Source: Alphaproteobacteria bacterium (GTDB lineage Bacteria > Pseudomonadota > Alphaproteobacteria > UBA11073). Taken from it: a stretch of 64,000 bases of DNA. A program made the translations under genes and the position numbers. Below the pieces are notes generated by a model that had not been told where the DNA came from, did no database searches, and worked only from the letters and a program-made list of their open reading frames with translations. The stretch covers positions 27,301-91,300 of the forward strand of contig JABDAM010000003.1 of NCBI GenBank assembly GCA_013289145.1, read 5' to 3'. Positions 9,964-19,105 of this stretch are shown here, piece after piece. The first letter of the stretch is position 1, and every line of letters begins with the position of its first letter.

Positions 9964-12198
9964 TTACGCCCCGCCGTCGGAATAATACTGGCTGTATTTA
10001 CGCCCGTAATAACCGCTGTCGGCATAACCATAACGCGCGTTCTTTTTCAAATTCACGCGCGTGAGCAAAATGCCGGCCAGGTTCGCGCCGCTGCTGGCGA
10101 GTTGTTTGACCGCCATCATCACCACGTCGCGCGGCGTTTCCGCCCAGCGCGTGAGGAAGAGGGTTTTATCCGCCAGTTGCGAAAGCACGCGCGCATCGGC
10201 GACGGCCAGGGCGGGCGGGCTGTCGATCACGACCAGATCATATTGCGTTTTCAAATGCGCGAGCAGGCGGCGCATGTTGTCCGACGCCAATAGATCTGCG
10301 GGGTTGGGCACAGAGCGGCCGGTGGTGATGACGTTGATTTTCGCGCGTTTATCGGTTTGCAAAACATCTTCGATTTTATGCGTGCCGAGGAGGATATCAA
10401 CCATGCCCATTTTGTTTTCGAGGCCCAGGCCGCGATGCACGTTCGGGCGGCGCAGATCGCAATCGATGATGATGATCTTTTGTCCCGACATCGCCGAAAG
10501 GCGCGCGAGGGAGAGCGTGAAGGACGTTTTGCCTTCGGACGGCATCGACGACGTGACTAAAACGGTTTTCGGCGGCGCGCCGGAATTGTCGGCAAGGAGC
10601 AGGGCGGTGCGCACCGTGCGCACGGCTTCGGCATAAACGGAGGTTGGTTTTTCCACGATAAAATTTTGCGGCAGCGCGGCAGGCGCGCCGGGCAAGGAAT
10701 TGAGTTCAGGGATCAGGCCGAGCGGCGAGAGGCCCGTCAATTGTTCCACCTGTTCCATCGAACGGAACCCGCGATCCAGATATTCCATCAGCAGCGCGAG
10801 CATGACGCCGAGCGCGAAGCCGATCAGCACGCTCATCGGCACCATAATTTTGGGTTTGGGGAAAACGGCTTCGGTAGGCAGGTTCGCGGTGGAGATCAGG
10901 CGCGCGTCGGCGGTTTGCAAATCTTCCTGCGACGAAGTTTGTTTGAAACGGTTCAGGAAAGTTTCAAACAGCGTGCGGTTGGCATCGGCTTCACGTTGCA
11001 GGGCGTGGAGTTTTACGTCCGCCGCGCCGAGCTGGCCCTGGCGGTTTTCCATTTGCGACAGGCTGCCGGACAGGGCGCCTTCGCGCGAACGGGCAACCTG
11101 CACATCATTGCGCAGGCCGGAAATGATGCGGTTGACCTCAACCTGGATATTCTGTTTCACATCCACCATCTGTGATTGGATTTTGATCATATCCGGGTGG
11201 CGGGGGCCGAGGCGCTGTGACAATTCCGCTTGTTTGGCGATGAGTTCACTTTCCTGTTCGCGGAGTTTCTGGATCAGCGGCGATTGCAAAACTTCATTCG
11301 TCGCGGCGAGATTTTCGTTGCTGCCCGCGGCCTGGACTTGGCGGAGTTTTGCTTCCATTTCGGCGCGCTGGGTGCGGGCCATGATTAATTGTGTGTTCAG
11401 TTCAGATAATTGTTCAGCGGATAGGGTGGCGTCTTTGCCTTGCACCAGGCCGGATGCGGCGCGGTATTGTTCAACGGCGGCTTCGGAATCGGAAACTTTT
11501 TTGCGCAGTTCAGCGAGGCGGTCGTTCAGCCATGCGGTGGCGCGCTGGGTCGCTTCGTACTTATCTTCAAGCTGCGCGGTGAGGTAGCTGTCGATCAGCG
11601 TCGCGGCGACGTTGCGCGCGGTGACCGGATTTTCGCTGCGGAATGCGATGGTGATGACGCGCGAATTGCGCACCGCGCTGATATCCACATTTTTCAGAAA
11701 TTCATCAATCGCGCGCTGTTTTTGCACTTCGGCTTGCGATGCGGGGTCCGCAGGTTCCTTGCTGCCCAGGCTGCCCGCGAAATCCTTGATCGCCTTCATC
11801 GGGCTGGCAGGGCGCAGCGCGGCATTGAATTCCGCGTTTTGCCAGAGGTTGAGTTTGTTAATGACGGTTTCCGCCAGTTTGCGTGAACGCAGGATTTCAA
11901 TTTCGCTGCGCACGGATTCCTGGTCGGCGGGCATGCCTTGCATCACGGATTCCACGTCGACGACATGGTTTTGACGCGCATCGATCATGATTTGCGCGGA
12001 TGATTCATACACGGATTTAATTTGGAAAATCGTGAGCAGCGTGATTGCCACGACCAGTCCGGTCACTGCCAGAATGATATGGCGCTGGCGGTTCAGGATA
12101 TTGATGAACTGGTTGATGTCGACCGTGTCATAAGCGGTTTTTTCAACGCGCTGGCGGAGGCGTTCAACAGCCGTTAAGGGATGAAAATTGTCGGTCAT
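9964..12198 (-). CDS. Polysaccharide co-polymerase / tyrosine autokinase (Wzc/ExoP/GumC family)
   Basis: 744 aa with a Wzz-type N-terminal domain and long coiled coil. It carries Walker A SEGKTS, Walker A' IIIDCDLRRP, Walker B VVIDSPP and a Tyr-rich tail RYGYADSGYYGRKYSQYYSD. Confidence 0.9.
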   Translation of the reverse strand: MTDNFHPLTAVERLRQRVEKTAYDTVDINQFINILNRQRHIILAVTGLVVAITLLTIFQIKSVYESSAQIMIDARQNHVVDVESVMQGMPADQESVRSEIEILRSRKLAETVINKLNLWQNAEFNAALRPASPMKAIKDFAGSLGSKEPADPASQAEVQKQRAIDEFLKNVDISAVRNSRVITIAFRSENPVTARNVAATLIDSYLTAQLEDKYEATQRATAWLNDRLAELRKKVSDSEAAVEQYRAASGLVQGKDATLSAEQLSELNTQLIMARTQRAEMEAKLRQVQAAGSNENLAATNEVLQSPLIQKLREQESELIAKQAELSQRLGPRHPDMIKIQSQMVDVKQNIQVEVNRIISGLRNDVQVARSREGALSGSLSQMENRQGQLGAADVKLHALQREADANRTLFETFLNRFKQTSSQEDLQTADARLISTANLPTEAVFPKPKIMVPMSVLIGFALGVMLALLMEYLDRGFRSMEQVEQLTGLSPLGLIPELNSLPGAPAALPQNFIVEKPTSVYAEAVRTVRTALLLADNSGAPPKTVLVTSSMPSEGKTSFTLSLARLSAMSGQKIIIIDCDLRRPNVHRGLGLENKMGMVDILLGTHKIEDVLQTDKRAKINVITTGRSVPNPADLLASDNMRRLLAHLKTQYDLVVIDSPPALAVADARVLSQLADKTLFLTRWAETPRDVVMMAVKQLASSGANLAGILLTRVNLKKNARYGYADSGYYGRKYSQYYSDGGA

Positions 12199-12200
12199 GG

Positions 12201-12806
12201 TTAAAATAATCTTTCTTGTACTTCAATCGTATCGCCAGGGAGAACATAAGTGTTCGGCTCGGCCGGTTGTTTGGTGCGCATGGGGTCGTTCGCGCGGATG
12301 ATTTTCATGTTGTCTTCGTCGGCGCGGTAGGAATAGCCGCCCGCCATGGCGACGGCGTTAATCACCTTCATGCCCTCAACATAGGGGTATTGGTTGGGGC
12401 GGTTGACTTCGCCCAGGATGAAGAAAGGGCGGTAGTTTATGACTTGCACGCTGACGCGCGGGTTGACGATGTAGCCTTGCGACAGATGCTGCGCGATGGA
12501 ATTTTGCAATTCGGGCATTGTCAGGCCGCCCGCCATCACGTTGCCGATGAGGGGCAGGGAGATCATGCCCGTGCCGTCGACTTTGTAATCGCCGGTCATG
12601 TTGGTTTCGTCGAACACCGTCACGCGCAGATTGTCGCCGGAGCCAAGGCGGTAGACGGCCATGGTGGGCTGATAATCCTGCTGCATTGTTGGGGGCTGTA
12701 TCACGGCCTGCGGCGCAGCGGCGGGCGGCGATGAATGGCCGCAAGCCGCCAGGGCTAAAAACGCGAGCGCCATGGCGAAACGATGGATTTTTGCGGTGAA
12801 AGTCAT
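12201..12806 (-). CDS. Polysaccharide export outer-membrane lipoprotein (Wza/GumB family)
   Basis: Poly_export-type motif YRLGSGDNLRVTVF followed by an SLBB-like C-terminus. The start is set at MTFTAKIHRFAMALAFLALAACG (lipobox); the ORF track extends to 12833. Confidence 0.85.
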   Translation of the reverse strand: MTFTAKIHRFAMALAFLALAACGHSSPPAAAPQAVIQPPTMQQDYQPTMAVYRLGSGDNLRVTVFDETNMTGDYKVDGTGMISLPLIGNVMAGGLTMPELQNSIAQHLSQGYIVNPRVSVQVINYRPFFILGEVNRPNQYPYVEGMKVINAVAMAGGYSYRADEDNMKIIRANDPMRTKQPAEPNTYVLPGDTIEVQERLF

Positions 12807-12877
12807 AAGGTGTCCTGCGCATGTATATAACAAGGGAAAGGCGCAAGTAAAAAGAAAAAAGTGATGTGGTTGTCATC

Positions 12878-12997
12878 TGTCATCCCGGCCGTAGCGCGCA
12901 AGCGCGAAGAGCCGGGATCCCATGAAGGATAATATCTGACCGTCAGGAGATCCCGGATAGCAGCTGCGCTAAGCTCCGCTAGCTTCCGGGATGACAG
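12878..12997. repeat. Nested palindromic element of the GTCAYCCCGG family (copy 1)
   Basis: The termini ctgtcatcccgg (12878..12889) and ccgggatgacag (12986..12997) are inverted repeats. Each half contains its own hairpin (atcccggc...gccgggat and atcccgga...tccgggat). Confidence 0.75.
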
Positions 12998-13000
12998 TTG

Positions 13001-14476
13001 CTACAACGCCGCCTTCACGCCCACCAGGAATCTGTTCTGCGTATAGCTGTTCACCGTCTGGTTGGAATCGCGGTCGACGTAGTCATAGTTCGCATAAAGG
13101 TTGAAATGGCTGTTGACCAGATATTTCAAGCCGCCGCCGACGACGTAGACGTTGTCTTTGCGGCCGATGCCTTGGAATTCATCGCGGTCATAACCGGCCT
13201 CGGTCGTCAGGAGCCAGTTGCGGCGCAGTTCGTGATCCCAATCCATCCGGAAACGCGATTCCACATAGCTGGATGAACCGGCGATGATCGTCTCCTCCAC
13301 AGCGCGGCCGACGTTGATGGTCAGCGTGTCAATCTGGGTGAAGTTCCAGTAACCGTTCATGCCAAAGCCGACGCCGCTGTAATCTTTATAGAGCGAGGAA
13401 TCGTAATTCTGATGCAGGTATCCGGCATAGATATCGCCAAATATCTTACCCGTCACATCCGCGCGCAAACCGCCGAAGATGTTATAGCCGTCGGAGTCGC
13501 GGTAAACGCCGTCAAAAATGTCGCGGTGATCGTAACTGCGGACGTTGTAAGAGCTTTGAAAGTAAACATCTTCCGTCGGCGTGAGTTCGTAGGCGACGCG
13601 GCCCGTGATGGAATTGTCCATCCGGTTGCGGTCGGAGTTGATCGCGCGGCCGCCGCCGCTGATCAGGTCGCCGTTATTATAGCTGAAATTCTGGTTGCTG
13701 TAGATCGCGTCCAATTTAATGCGGTTGAATTCGTGGAACGCTTCGGCCTGGAGCGTGCGGACCTGGAACACGACGGGTTTGGTCTGTTCAAAGACGCTGT
13801 TGGGGCTGTTTGGATCGCTGCGGTCTTCGTGTTCTTGCGCATAGGAAACCAAACCGGCCAGGCGTGTGTGGCGCGTGATGTCCAGGCGGCCATCCGATTG
13901 CAACAGGTAATCGGAATAATTTTCGTGGCTGTGGCTGGCGTAAATGCCCTCGGCATCGGCGGCCAGAAAGTTCAAGGCATGCTGGTGCCAGTTGGAACGC
14001 AGCGCGAGGCGCGGTTCGACGACGGTCGTCCAGTCGCTGGTTTTGTGGTTGTGCACGGCGTAAATGTTGTCGTTAAACAATTCGTTCAGCGAGATATCAG
14101 GCAAAAGGCGGAACGAGCCCAGGCGGGTGCCCTGAGGCGTATATTCCGGGTGATTGCGCTGCGTTACCGTCATGCCGCGCGCGGCGGCCTGGTCGGGCTG
14201 GACGTCCAGCGTGGCGTCGGTTCCGGTTCCGGCGGTGATTTCCTGGCCGGTTCCCGCGATGGTTTCAGGGCCTTCGTCCACCGCGGCGGTGGCGGGGTTG
14301 TTAGCGGGCGCAGGCGCGGTGGCGGTGGCCGGGTTATCCGTTGGCATGGGGGCCGCCATATCCTGTGCTTGCATGGGGCCGTTTAGATTGGTGGCTTCCT
14401 GTGCCCAGGCGGCGGAGGCCGAGCCCAAAATCAAAACCGTTGCCAAAACCGAAATGCTGAATACCGAAGTTTTCAT
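13001..14476 (-). CDS. Putative outer-membrane beta-barrel protein associated with the polysaccharide export cluster
   Basis: 491 aa with signal peptide MKTSVFSISVLATVLILGSASAWA. The body has alternating aromatic/polar beta-strand-like sequence rich in Y, N, D and G, and the gene is adjacent to wza/wzc. Confidence 0.6.
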   Translation of the reverse strand: MKTSVFSISVLATVLILGSASAAWAQEATNLNGPMQAQDMAAPMPTDNPATATAPAPANNPATAAVDEGPETIAGTGQEITAGTGTDATLDVQPDQAAARGMTVTQRNHPEYTPQGTRLGSFRLLPDISLNELFNDNIYAVHNHKTSDWTTVVEPRLALRSNWHQHALNFLAADAEGIYASHSHENYSDYLLQSDGRLDITRHTRLAGLVSYAQEHEDRSDPNSPNSVFEQTKPVVFQVRTLQAEAFHEFNRIKLDAIYSNQNFSYNNGDLISGGGRAINSDRNRMDNSITGRVAYELTPTEDVYFQSSYNVRSYDHRDIFDGVYRDSDGYNIFGGLRADVTGKIFGDIYAGYLHQNYDSSLYKDYSGVGFGMNGYWNFTQIDTLTINVGRAVEETIIAGSSSYVESRFRMDWDHELRRNWLLTTEAGYDRDEFQGIGRKDNVYVVGGGLKYLVNSHFNLYANYDYVDRDSNQTVNSYTQNRFLVGVKAAL

Positions 14477-14619
14477 GTTGTGTGTCCCCCCAAGAGAATT
14501 AGAGAATTAAAGGTAATTTTGTTATCAGCGGGGTTATAAGGCAACAAGTTGTAACAGCAATATGAATACAGAATCCATACCCCTGTGGGATTTTTGCCGC
14601 GCGGGAGTTTATGGAATCC

Positions 14620-15357
14620 TTACGCGGTGTGCAGGAAATGGCGCTGATTGCCATAGAGGACTGCGCAGGTCAGGCGGCCTGTGCCGTAGGCGCCCGTGTC
14701 GATGCCGATGCGGTTGGGCCGGACTTCGGGCAGGGGGGAAATCGTATGGCCGTGGACGATGACTTTTTCGAATAGTTTGTCTGAGCCCAGGAATTTGTCG
14801 CGGATCCACAGCAGGTCGGCGGATTTTTGTTTATTGATCGGTTTGTCGGGGTCGATGCCCGCGTGGGTGAAAAAGTAATCTCCGACTGTTCGGCCAAGTG
14901 GGCAGGAATTGAGGAATTTCAGATATTTGCCCTGTAGCTTTAAGTGTAGTTGTTCAGCCAAATGTTTGAAGGTTTCCGGTTTCGGCCGCGGCGATGATAC
15001 GCGCAGTCCGAAAGACAATAGGGTTTCATAGGCGCCGCATTCCATCCAGGCTTGTCCCGCCGACGGGGTTGCCAGGAATTTCAGCAGCATATCTTCATGG
15101 TTGCCCTTAAGGCAGGTGAGGTGGAAGTTCGGATGATTAAACCCGATCAGCCAGTCTAGTGTTTGGCGGCTATATAGGCCGCGATCCATATAATCGCCCA
15201 GGAAGATCAGTTCTTTTTGCGGCTCCGGCGCGGTAGCCGCGTCAGCTTCGATTCGCGCGAAGAGTTTTATCAGCAAATCATGCCGTCCGTGGACGTCACC
15301 CACGGCGTAAATGCAGACGCCATCCGGTACGCGGGCTTTTTGCAGGGTAATGGGCAT
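14620..15357 (-). CDS. Metallophosphoesterase, PPP-family Ser/Thr phosphatase (PrpA/ApaH-like)
   Basis: 245 aa carrying the PPP motifs GDVHGR, GDYMDRG and GNHE in canonical order. Confidence 0.85.
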   Translation of the reverse strand: MPITLQKARVPDGVCIYAVGDVHGRHDLLIKLFARIEADAATAPEPQKELIFLGDYMDRGLYSRQTLDWLIGFNHPNFHLTCLKGNHEDMLLKFLATPSAGQAWMECGAYETLLSFGLRVSSPRPKPETFKHLAEQLHLKLQGKYLKFLNSCPLGRTVGDYFFTHAGIDPDKPINKQKSADLLWIRDKFLGSDKLFEKVIVHGHTISPLPEVRPNRIGIDTGAYGTGRLTCAVLYGNQRHFLHTA

Positions 15358-15494
15358 GAATGGAGGATATCAGGTTTTAGGGGGGAAACTCAATTATCCA
15401 GGGTGCAACTATTTAAATTGCTTGCAAAACGGACAATGGATGTTTTACGGTTGCCCATAACCACCTTATTTAAACCTAATTTAGGAGAATTTTG

Positions 15495-16637
15495 ATGTTG
15501 GAGAATAGAGAACTTAAGCGCGCCGCGGACCAATTTGCCGAAGTATCAGGGCAGCCAAAAGATAACTTGAATTTTATACATACGACTGAAGGCAGATATC
15601 TTCTCGTTTTTCTGCCGAATGATGGCGAGCCCCGTATGCTGGGAGCTGTTCATTGGCACAATTTAGGCTGTTCAATTAATGGCCATAGGATTGATGATGA
15701 ATATTTTGAAGGCGATCAAGGTTTGAATCGAACCTCGCGCGGAAAAGCATTGAAAGTGTTTTTTGAATTATGCGCCCAAAAAATAACAGATCAAACAGTA
15801 TACGTTCCCTCTCTGCTCGAAAATCCTTATGAATGGGATAATGTTTACCTGGATGCTTTTAATGTGGTGAAGAGCTCCCGCCTTGCAAATGCAATTGATC
15901 GCTTCGCTGAAATATCAGGTTTAGCAAAGGAAAACATCCACTTTATCCATAAATTTTACGGTGGCGGCTACTACGATCTTCATGTTGCACAGCCCGACGG
16001 ATCCTTTGTTAAGCTGGGTGAGGTTTATCAATCTGTGCTGTGTTGTTCCATGAATGGGGATAATGAATTTGACCGTTATCTGGCCGATGGAGGGGTTGGT
16101 AATAACGCCCGCGGTCGTGCGTTGGATGCATTCTTTAAATTATGTGCTGCAAAAATAACAGATCCGGGTATCAAAGTTAATAGTTTGCTTGGAAATTCTG
16201 AAATGTGGTCTTCAGAGTATCTGGAGGCTGCTATGCCTACGCAGGCTGAAGCGCGGGAAGCGTGGGAACAGTTGCAATCTGGTGCGCCACGGCTGGTCAA
16301 TAACGATGGCTCTTTGGTTGGAGGCGATCCGCAGAACTTTTTAGGAAGATCCATTGAGGATAACAAAATGGTTATTTACAAATGGGTGCAGGCAGTGGGC
16401 GGAACGCTAACGGCGATCGGCGCGAATAAATTTGAAGCGGGCTTATGGGGAGCAAAAACAAAGGCGGACGAAATTAATTTCAACCGTGCAGGCGCTATGC
16501 AGCGCAGGCTGGGTTTTGTGACGCCCTCTGCCTTGCGCGCGGAAATGCATGTTCCTGACGCCGACCAGTTGAATAAAAAAGCTTTCCGCCAGGCACAATA
16601 CCGGGCCGCCGCTGCAATCTGCGCTTACCCTGGATAA
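15495..16637 (+). CDS. Hypothetical protein with an internal tandem domain duplication
   Basis: The ATG at 15495 lies 7 nt after AGGAG. Two colinear repeats of roughly 115 aa are present (FAEVSGQPKDNLNFIH...RGKALKVFFELCAQKITD and FAEISGLAKENIHFIH...RGRALDAFFKLCAAKITD). The gene is AT-richer than its flanks. Confidence 0.6.
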   Translation: MLENRELKRAADQFAEVSGQPKDNLNFIHTTEGRYLLVFLPNDGEPRMLGAVHWHNLGCSINGHRIDDEYFEGDQGLNRTSRGKALKVFFELCAQKITDQTVYVPSLLENPYEWDNVYLDAFNVVKSSRLANAIDRFAEISGLAKENIHFIHKFYGGGYYDLHVAQPDGSFVKLGEVYQSVLCCSMNGDNEFDRYLADGGVGNNARGRALDAFFKLCAAKITDPGIKVNSLLGNSEMWSSEYLEAAMPTQAEAREAWEQLQSGAPRLVNNDGSLVGGDPQNFLGRSIEDNKMVIYKWVQAVGGTLTAIGANKFEAGLWGAKTKADEINFNRAGAMQRRLGFVTPSALRAEMHVPDADQLNKKAFRQAQYRAAAAICAYPG

Positions 16638-16650
16638 GTTAAGGTTTGCT

Positions 16651-16875
16651 TTACCGCTTACTGCCAGCGGCAATCGCCATGATTTCTTCGCTGTTCACCA
16701 GGTTGAAACCTTCGCCGCCGTTTAGGGCAGGTTCATAGTGCGTGGGGGATTTTTTGCGTTTGACCAGGCGCGGGCCGGCGCCTTTGAATTTTACGGGCCA
16801 CCCGCCGTCATCCAGCAACTCTTTCCGGGTCTCGGCGGCGGCTTCCAGCAGTTTTTTAGCGCGTTTTGGACTCAT
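16651..16875 (-). CDS. Small hypothetical protein (74 aa, Lys-rich)
   Basis: Open frame on the same strand as the nrd/TA genes. I recognise no motif. Confidence 0.35.
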   Translation of the reverse strand: MSPKRAKKLLEAAAETRKELLDDGGWPVKFKGAGPRLVKRKKSPTHYEPALNGGEGFNLVNSEEIMAIAAGSKR

Positions 16876-16975
16876 GGTGACTCAGTTCTCTACTCTTTTA
16901 TTCTACCTGGGGAATGTGACGGTTCTGTGACGCACGAGTAAAGGTTTAAGAAAAAAGCCGCTTAAATGGGCTATT

Positions 16976-17344
16976 TTATAGCTTGCTCGGCGGGTAGTCC
17001 TGCATCAGCTCCCGGATTCTGCCGCGCAAAGGCAAAAGAACGTCAATAGCGAAATTCCACGCCATCTGCACATTGATATGAAAATATTCATGAATAAATT
17101 CATTGCGCGTATCCACCAAATCAAGCCATGGAATATCAGAAGCAATTTGATCGATTTGATGGTTGCGGAGCAAATGCCGGCTAGCTTCGCCGATGACTTC
17201 GATGGTTTTAATAAAGGCCAGCCGACGTTCGATGCTATTTTCAATTTCTTGCCGTCCGTCGCGGGTCAGCATTTCCAGCCAGCTTAATGCTGCGTCGACG
17301 TCAAACAACCAGTTGAATATTTGCCGCTGCGATGATTTTTTCAT
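16976..17344 (-). CDS. hepT: HepT-type HEPN toxin (DUF86)
   Basis: 122 aa with the Rx4HxY motif (RNEFIHEY) and IEVIGEA. It overlaps the upstream MNT gene by 4 nt. Confidence 0.8.
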   Translation of the reverse strand: MKKSSQRQIFNWLFDVDAALSWLEMLTRDGRQEIENSIERRLAFIKTIEVIGEASRHLLRNHQIDQIASDIPWLDLVDTRNEFIHEYFHINVQMAWNFAIDVLLPLRGRIRELMQDYPPSKL

Positions 17345-17661
17345 ATGGCGGTGATGTCGTCCGCGATTTCATCCTGAATGCGGATCAGGCTGGGCGGGCT
17401 GGCCAGATCGACTTGGCGGCCGAGAAAAGTTTGTAATGCGCGTTTAAGGCGCACCAAATCCAGATAGGAACGGTCGGGGGCAAAGTCGGCAATCATATCG
17501 ATATCGCTGTCTGGGGTTTCTTCGCCACGCGCGACAGAGCCGAAGACGCGCAGATTGCTGGCGCCATATTGTGCCGCAAGTTCCGTAATTTCATCTCGGC
17601 GGGTTTTGATTTGCTCAAGCAGCATGAGCTTAATTATATCAAAGCTTGCCGCAAAAGCCAA
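17341..17661 (-). CDS. mntA: MNT-type nucleotidyltransferase antitoxin
   Basis: GS-x10-DxD motif FGSVARGEETPDSDIDM. The start is ambiguous: a TTG at 17661 lies 10 nt after the nrdB stop, and an ATG lies at 17625. Confidence 0.8.
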   Translation of the reverse strand: MAFAASFDIIKLMLLEQIKTRRDEITELAAQYGASNLRVFGSVARGEETPDSDIDMIADFAPDRSYLDLVRLKRALQTFLGRQVDLASPPSLIRIQDEIADDITAI

Positions 17662-17671
17662 GCAATCTGAC

Positions 17672-18679
17672 TTACGCCGCCTTGCCCGCGCCCGTCGCGT
17701 TAAACGCGGTGGTTTCGAACGCCTCTTCCCACGTCCCGGTCGTTGCCGCGCGGGAATATTCCGTTGCGCGGTTTTCGAAGAAGTTGGTATGTTCGATCGC
17801 GTTCAGCATCACATCCATCCACGGCAGCGGGTTGTCGCCGACGCCGTATTTCGGTTGCAGGCCGAGTTGCATCAGGCGGCGGTCGCCGATGTAGCGGATG
17901 TAGTTTTTGACTTCCTGCGCCGTCAGGCCTTCGATGCCGCCCATTTGAAAGGCGAGGTCGATAAAGGCGTCTTCGTGATGGATGATGGTGTCGCAGGCAT
18001 CATAGATTTCTTGGTGCATTTTCGGCGTCCAGACTTCCGGGTTTTCGGAAATGAAGGTGCGGAGCAGGCGGATGACCGACAGGGTGTGCAAGGTTTCATC
18101 GCGCACGGACCAGGAAACGATTTGCCCCATGCCTTTCATTTTATTGAAACGCGGGAAGTTCATGAGGATCGCAAATGACGCGAACAATTGCAGACCTTCG
18201 GTGAAGGCGCCGAACACCGCCATCGTGCGCACGATGTCTTCTTTCGATTCCATGTTGAAGCCTTGCATGTAATCGTATTTATCCTTCATCTCTTTATATT
18301 TAAGGAAAGCGGAATATTCGATTTCGGGCATGCCGATGGTGTCGAGCAGGTGAGAGTAGGCCGCGATATGCACCGTTTCGATATTCGAGAAAGCGACGAG
18401 CATCATTTTGACCTCGGTCGGCTCGAACACGCGCGAGTAATGTTTCATGTAACAGTTGTTGACCTCAACATCCGCCTGGGTGAAGAAGCGGAAAATTTGA
18501 GTCAGCAGGTTGCGTTCGCTGTCGGTGATTTTATTTTTCCAATCTTTCACGTCGTCCGCCATGGGGACTTCTTCCGGCAGCCAGTGCAGGCGCTGCTGCG
18601 TCAGCCAGGCTTCGTAGGCCCAGGGGTAGTTGAAGGGTTTATAGACGGGATTGGGGGTGAGTAGGCTGTGGGTGGTCAT
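17672..18679 (-). CDS. nrdB: Ribonucleotide-diphosphate reductase beta subunit (class I R2)
   Basis: 335 aa with a ferritin-like R2 fold and an ExxH...Y segment (IETVHIAAYSH). The start lies 3 nt after the stop of the upstream HEPN gene. Confidence 0.9.
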   Translation of the reverse strand: MTTHSLLTPNPVYKPFNYPWAYEAWLTQQRLHWLPEEVPMADDVKDWKNKITDSERNLLTQIFRFFTQADVEVNNCYMKHYSRVFEPTEVKMMLVAFSNIETVHIAAYSHLLDTIGMPEIEYSAFLKYKEMKDKYDYMQGFNMESKEDIVRTMAVFGAFTEGLQLFASFAILMNFPRFNKMKGMGQIVSWSVRDETLHTLSVIRLLRTFISENPEVWTPKMHQEIYDACDTIIHHEDAFIDLAFQMGGIEGLTAQEVKNYIRYIGDRRLMQLGLQPKYGVGDNPLPWMDVMLNAIEHTNFFENRATEYSRAATTGTWEEAFETTAFNATGAGKAA

Positions 18680-18682
18680 GGT

Positions 18683-19105
18683 TTAATTCCGTTTGTTGAG
18701 TTGTTGAACTTTTTGTTTGAGAAGCTGATAGCCTGCATTTAGCAGGGTTGAATAGTCTTTCTCAATATGTTGGCTAATTTTTTCTAAATCAGGCGGGGAG
18801 TATTCATGTGCTAGCGTATTTCGGTCACTGTGCATTTCAAACCAGCCTTCGCTTTTAGGAAGAAGGCCATTTGTCATGCCAATTTCCAAAGTCTCTTTGG
18901 GGAAATTGCTTTTAGGTTCGTCCAGGTAAGCAATAATAAGCCTAGTCAACTGCCGTGTCATTTCATAGGCAAGACGAAAGCGGCTGGCTAATGCTTCGCG
19001 GTATAATTTGTTTTCGCGTTCTGCTTCAATCGCATTCAAATCCTGAATGGCGGCTGTCAGGTCTGTGAAAACTTCATTAATCAGTTCAAGGCGTTCAGCG
19101 GACAT
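18683..19105 (-). CDS. HEPN nucleotidyltransferase-substrate-binding protein (HI0074-like), putative toxin
   Basis: Rx4HxY motif RNTLAHEY. The ATG at 19105 is preceded by GGGAGAG; the ORF track's TTG start is at 19129. It overlaps the MNT gene upstream. Confidence 0.75.
   Translation of the reverse strand: MSAERLELINEVFTDLTAAIQDLNAIEAERENKLYREALASRFRLAYEMTRQLTRLIIAYLDEPKSNFPKETLEIGMTNGLLPKSEGWFEMHSDRNTLAHEYSPPDLEKISQHIEKDYSTLLNAGYQLLKQKVQQLNKRN

Noticed and set aside
10700-11587. 295-aa plus-strand ORF inside wzc (with several shorter ones nearby)
   Set aside because: It lies antisense to a gene with complete Walker A/A'/B motifs and a Tyr-rich tail. Its composition is Ser/Arg/Cys-rich noise.
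13412-14386. 324-aa plus-strand ORF opposite the outer-membrane barrel gene
   Set aside because: It is an antisense shadow frame (V/A/G/R-rich) with no signal or motif. The minus-strand gene has a signal peptide and beta-barrel-like composition.
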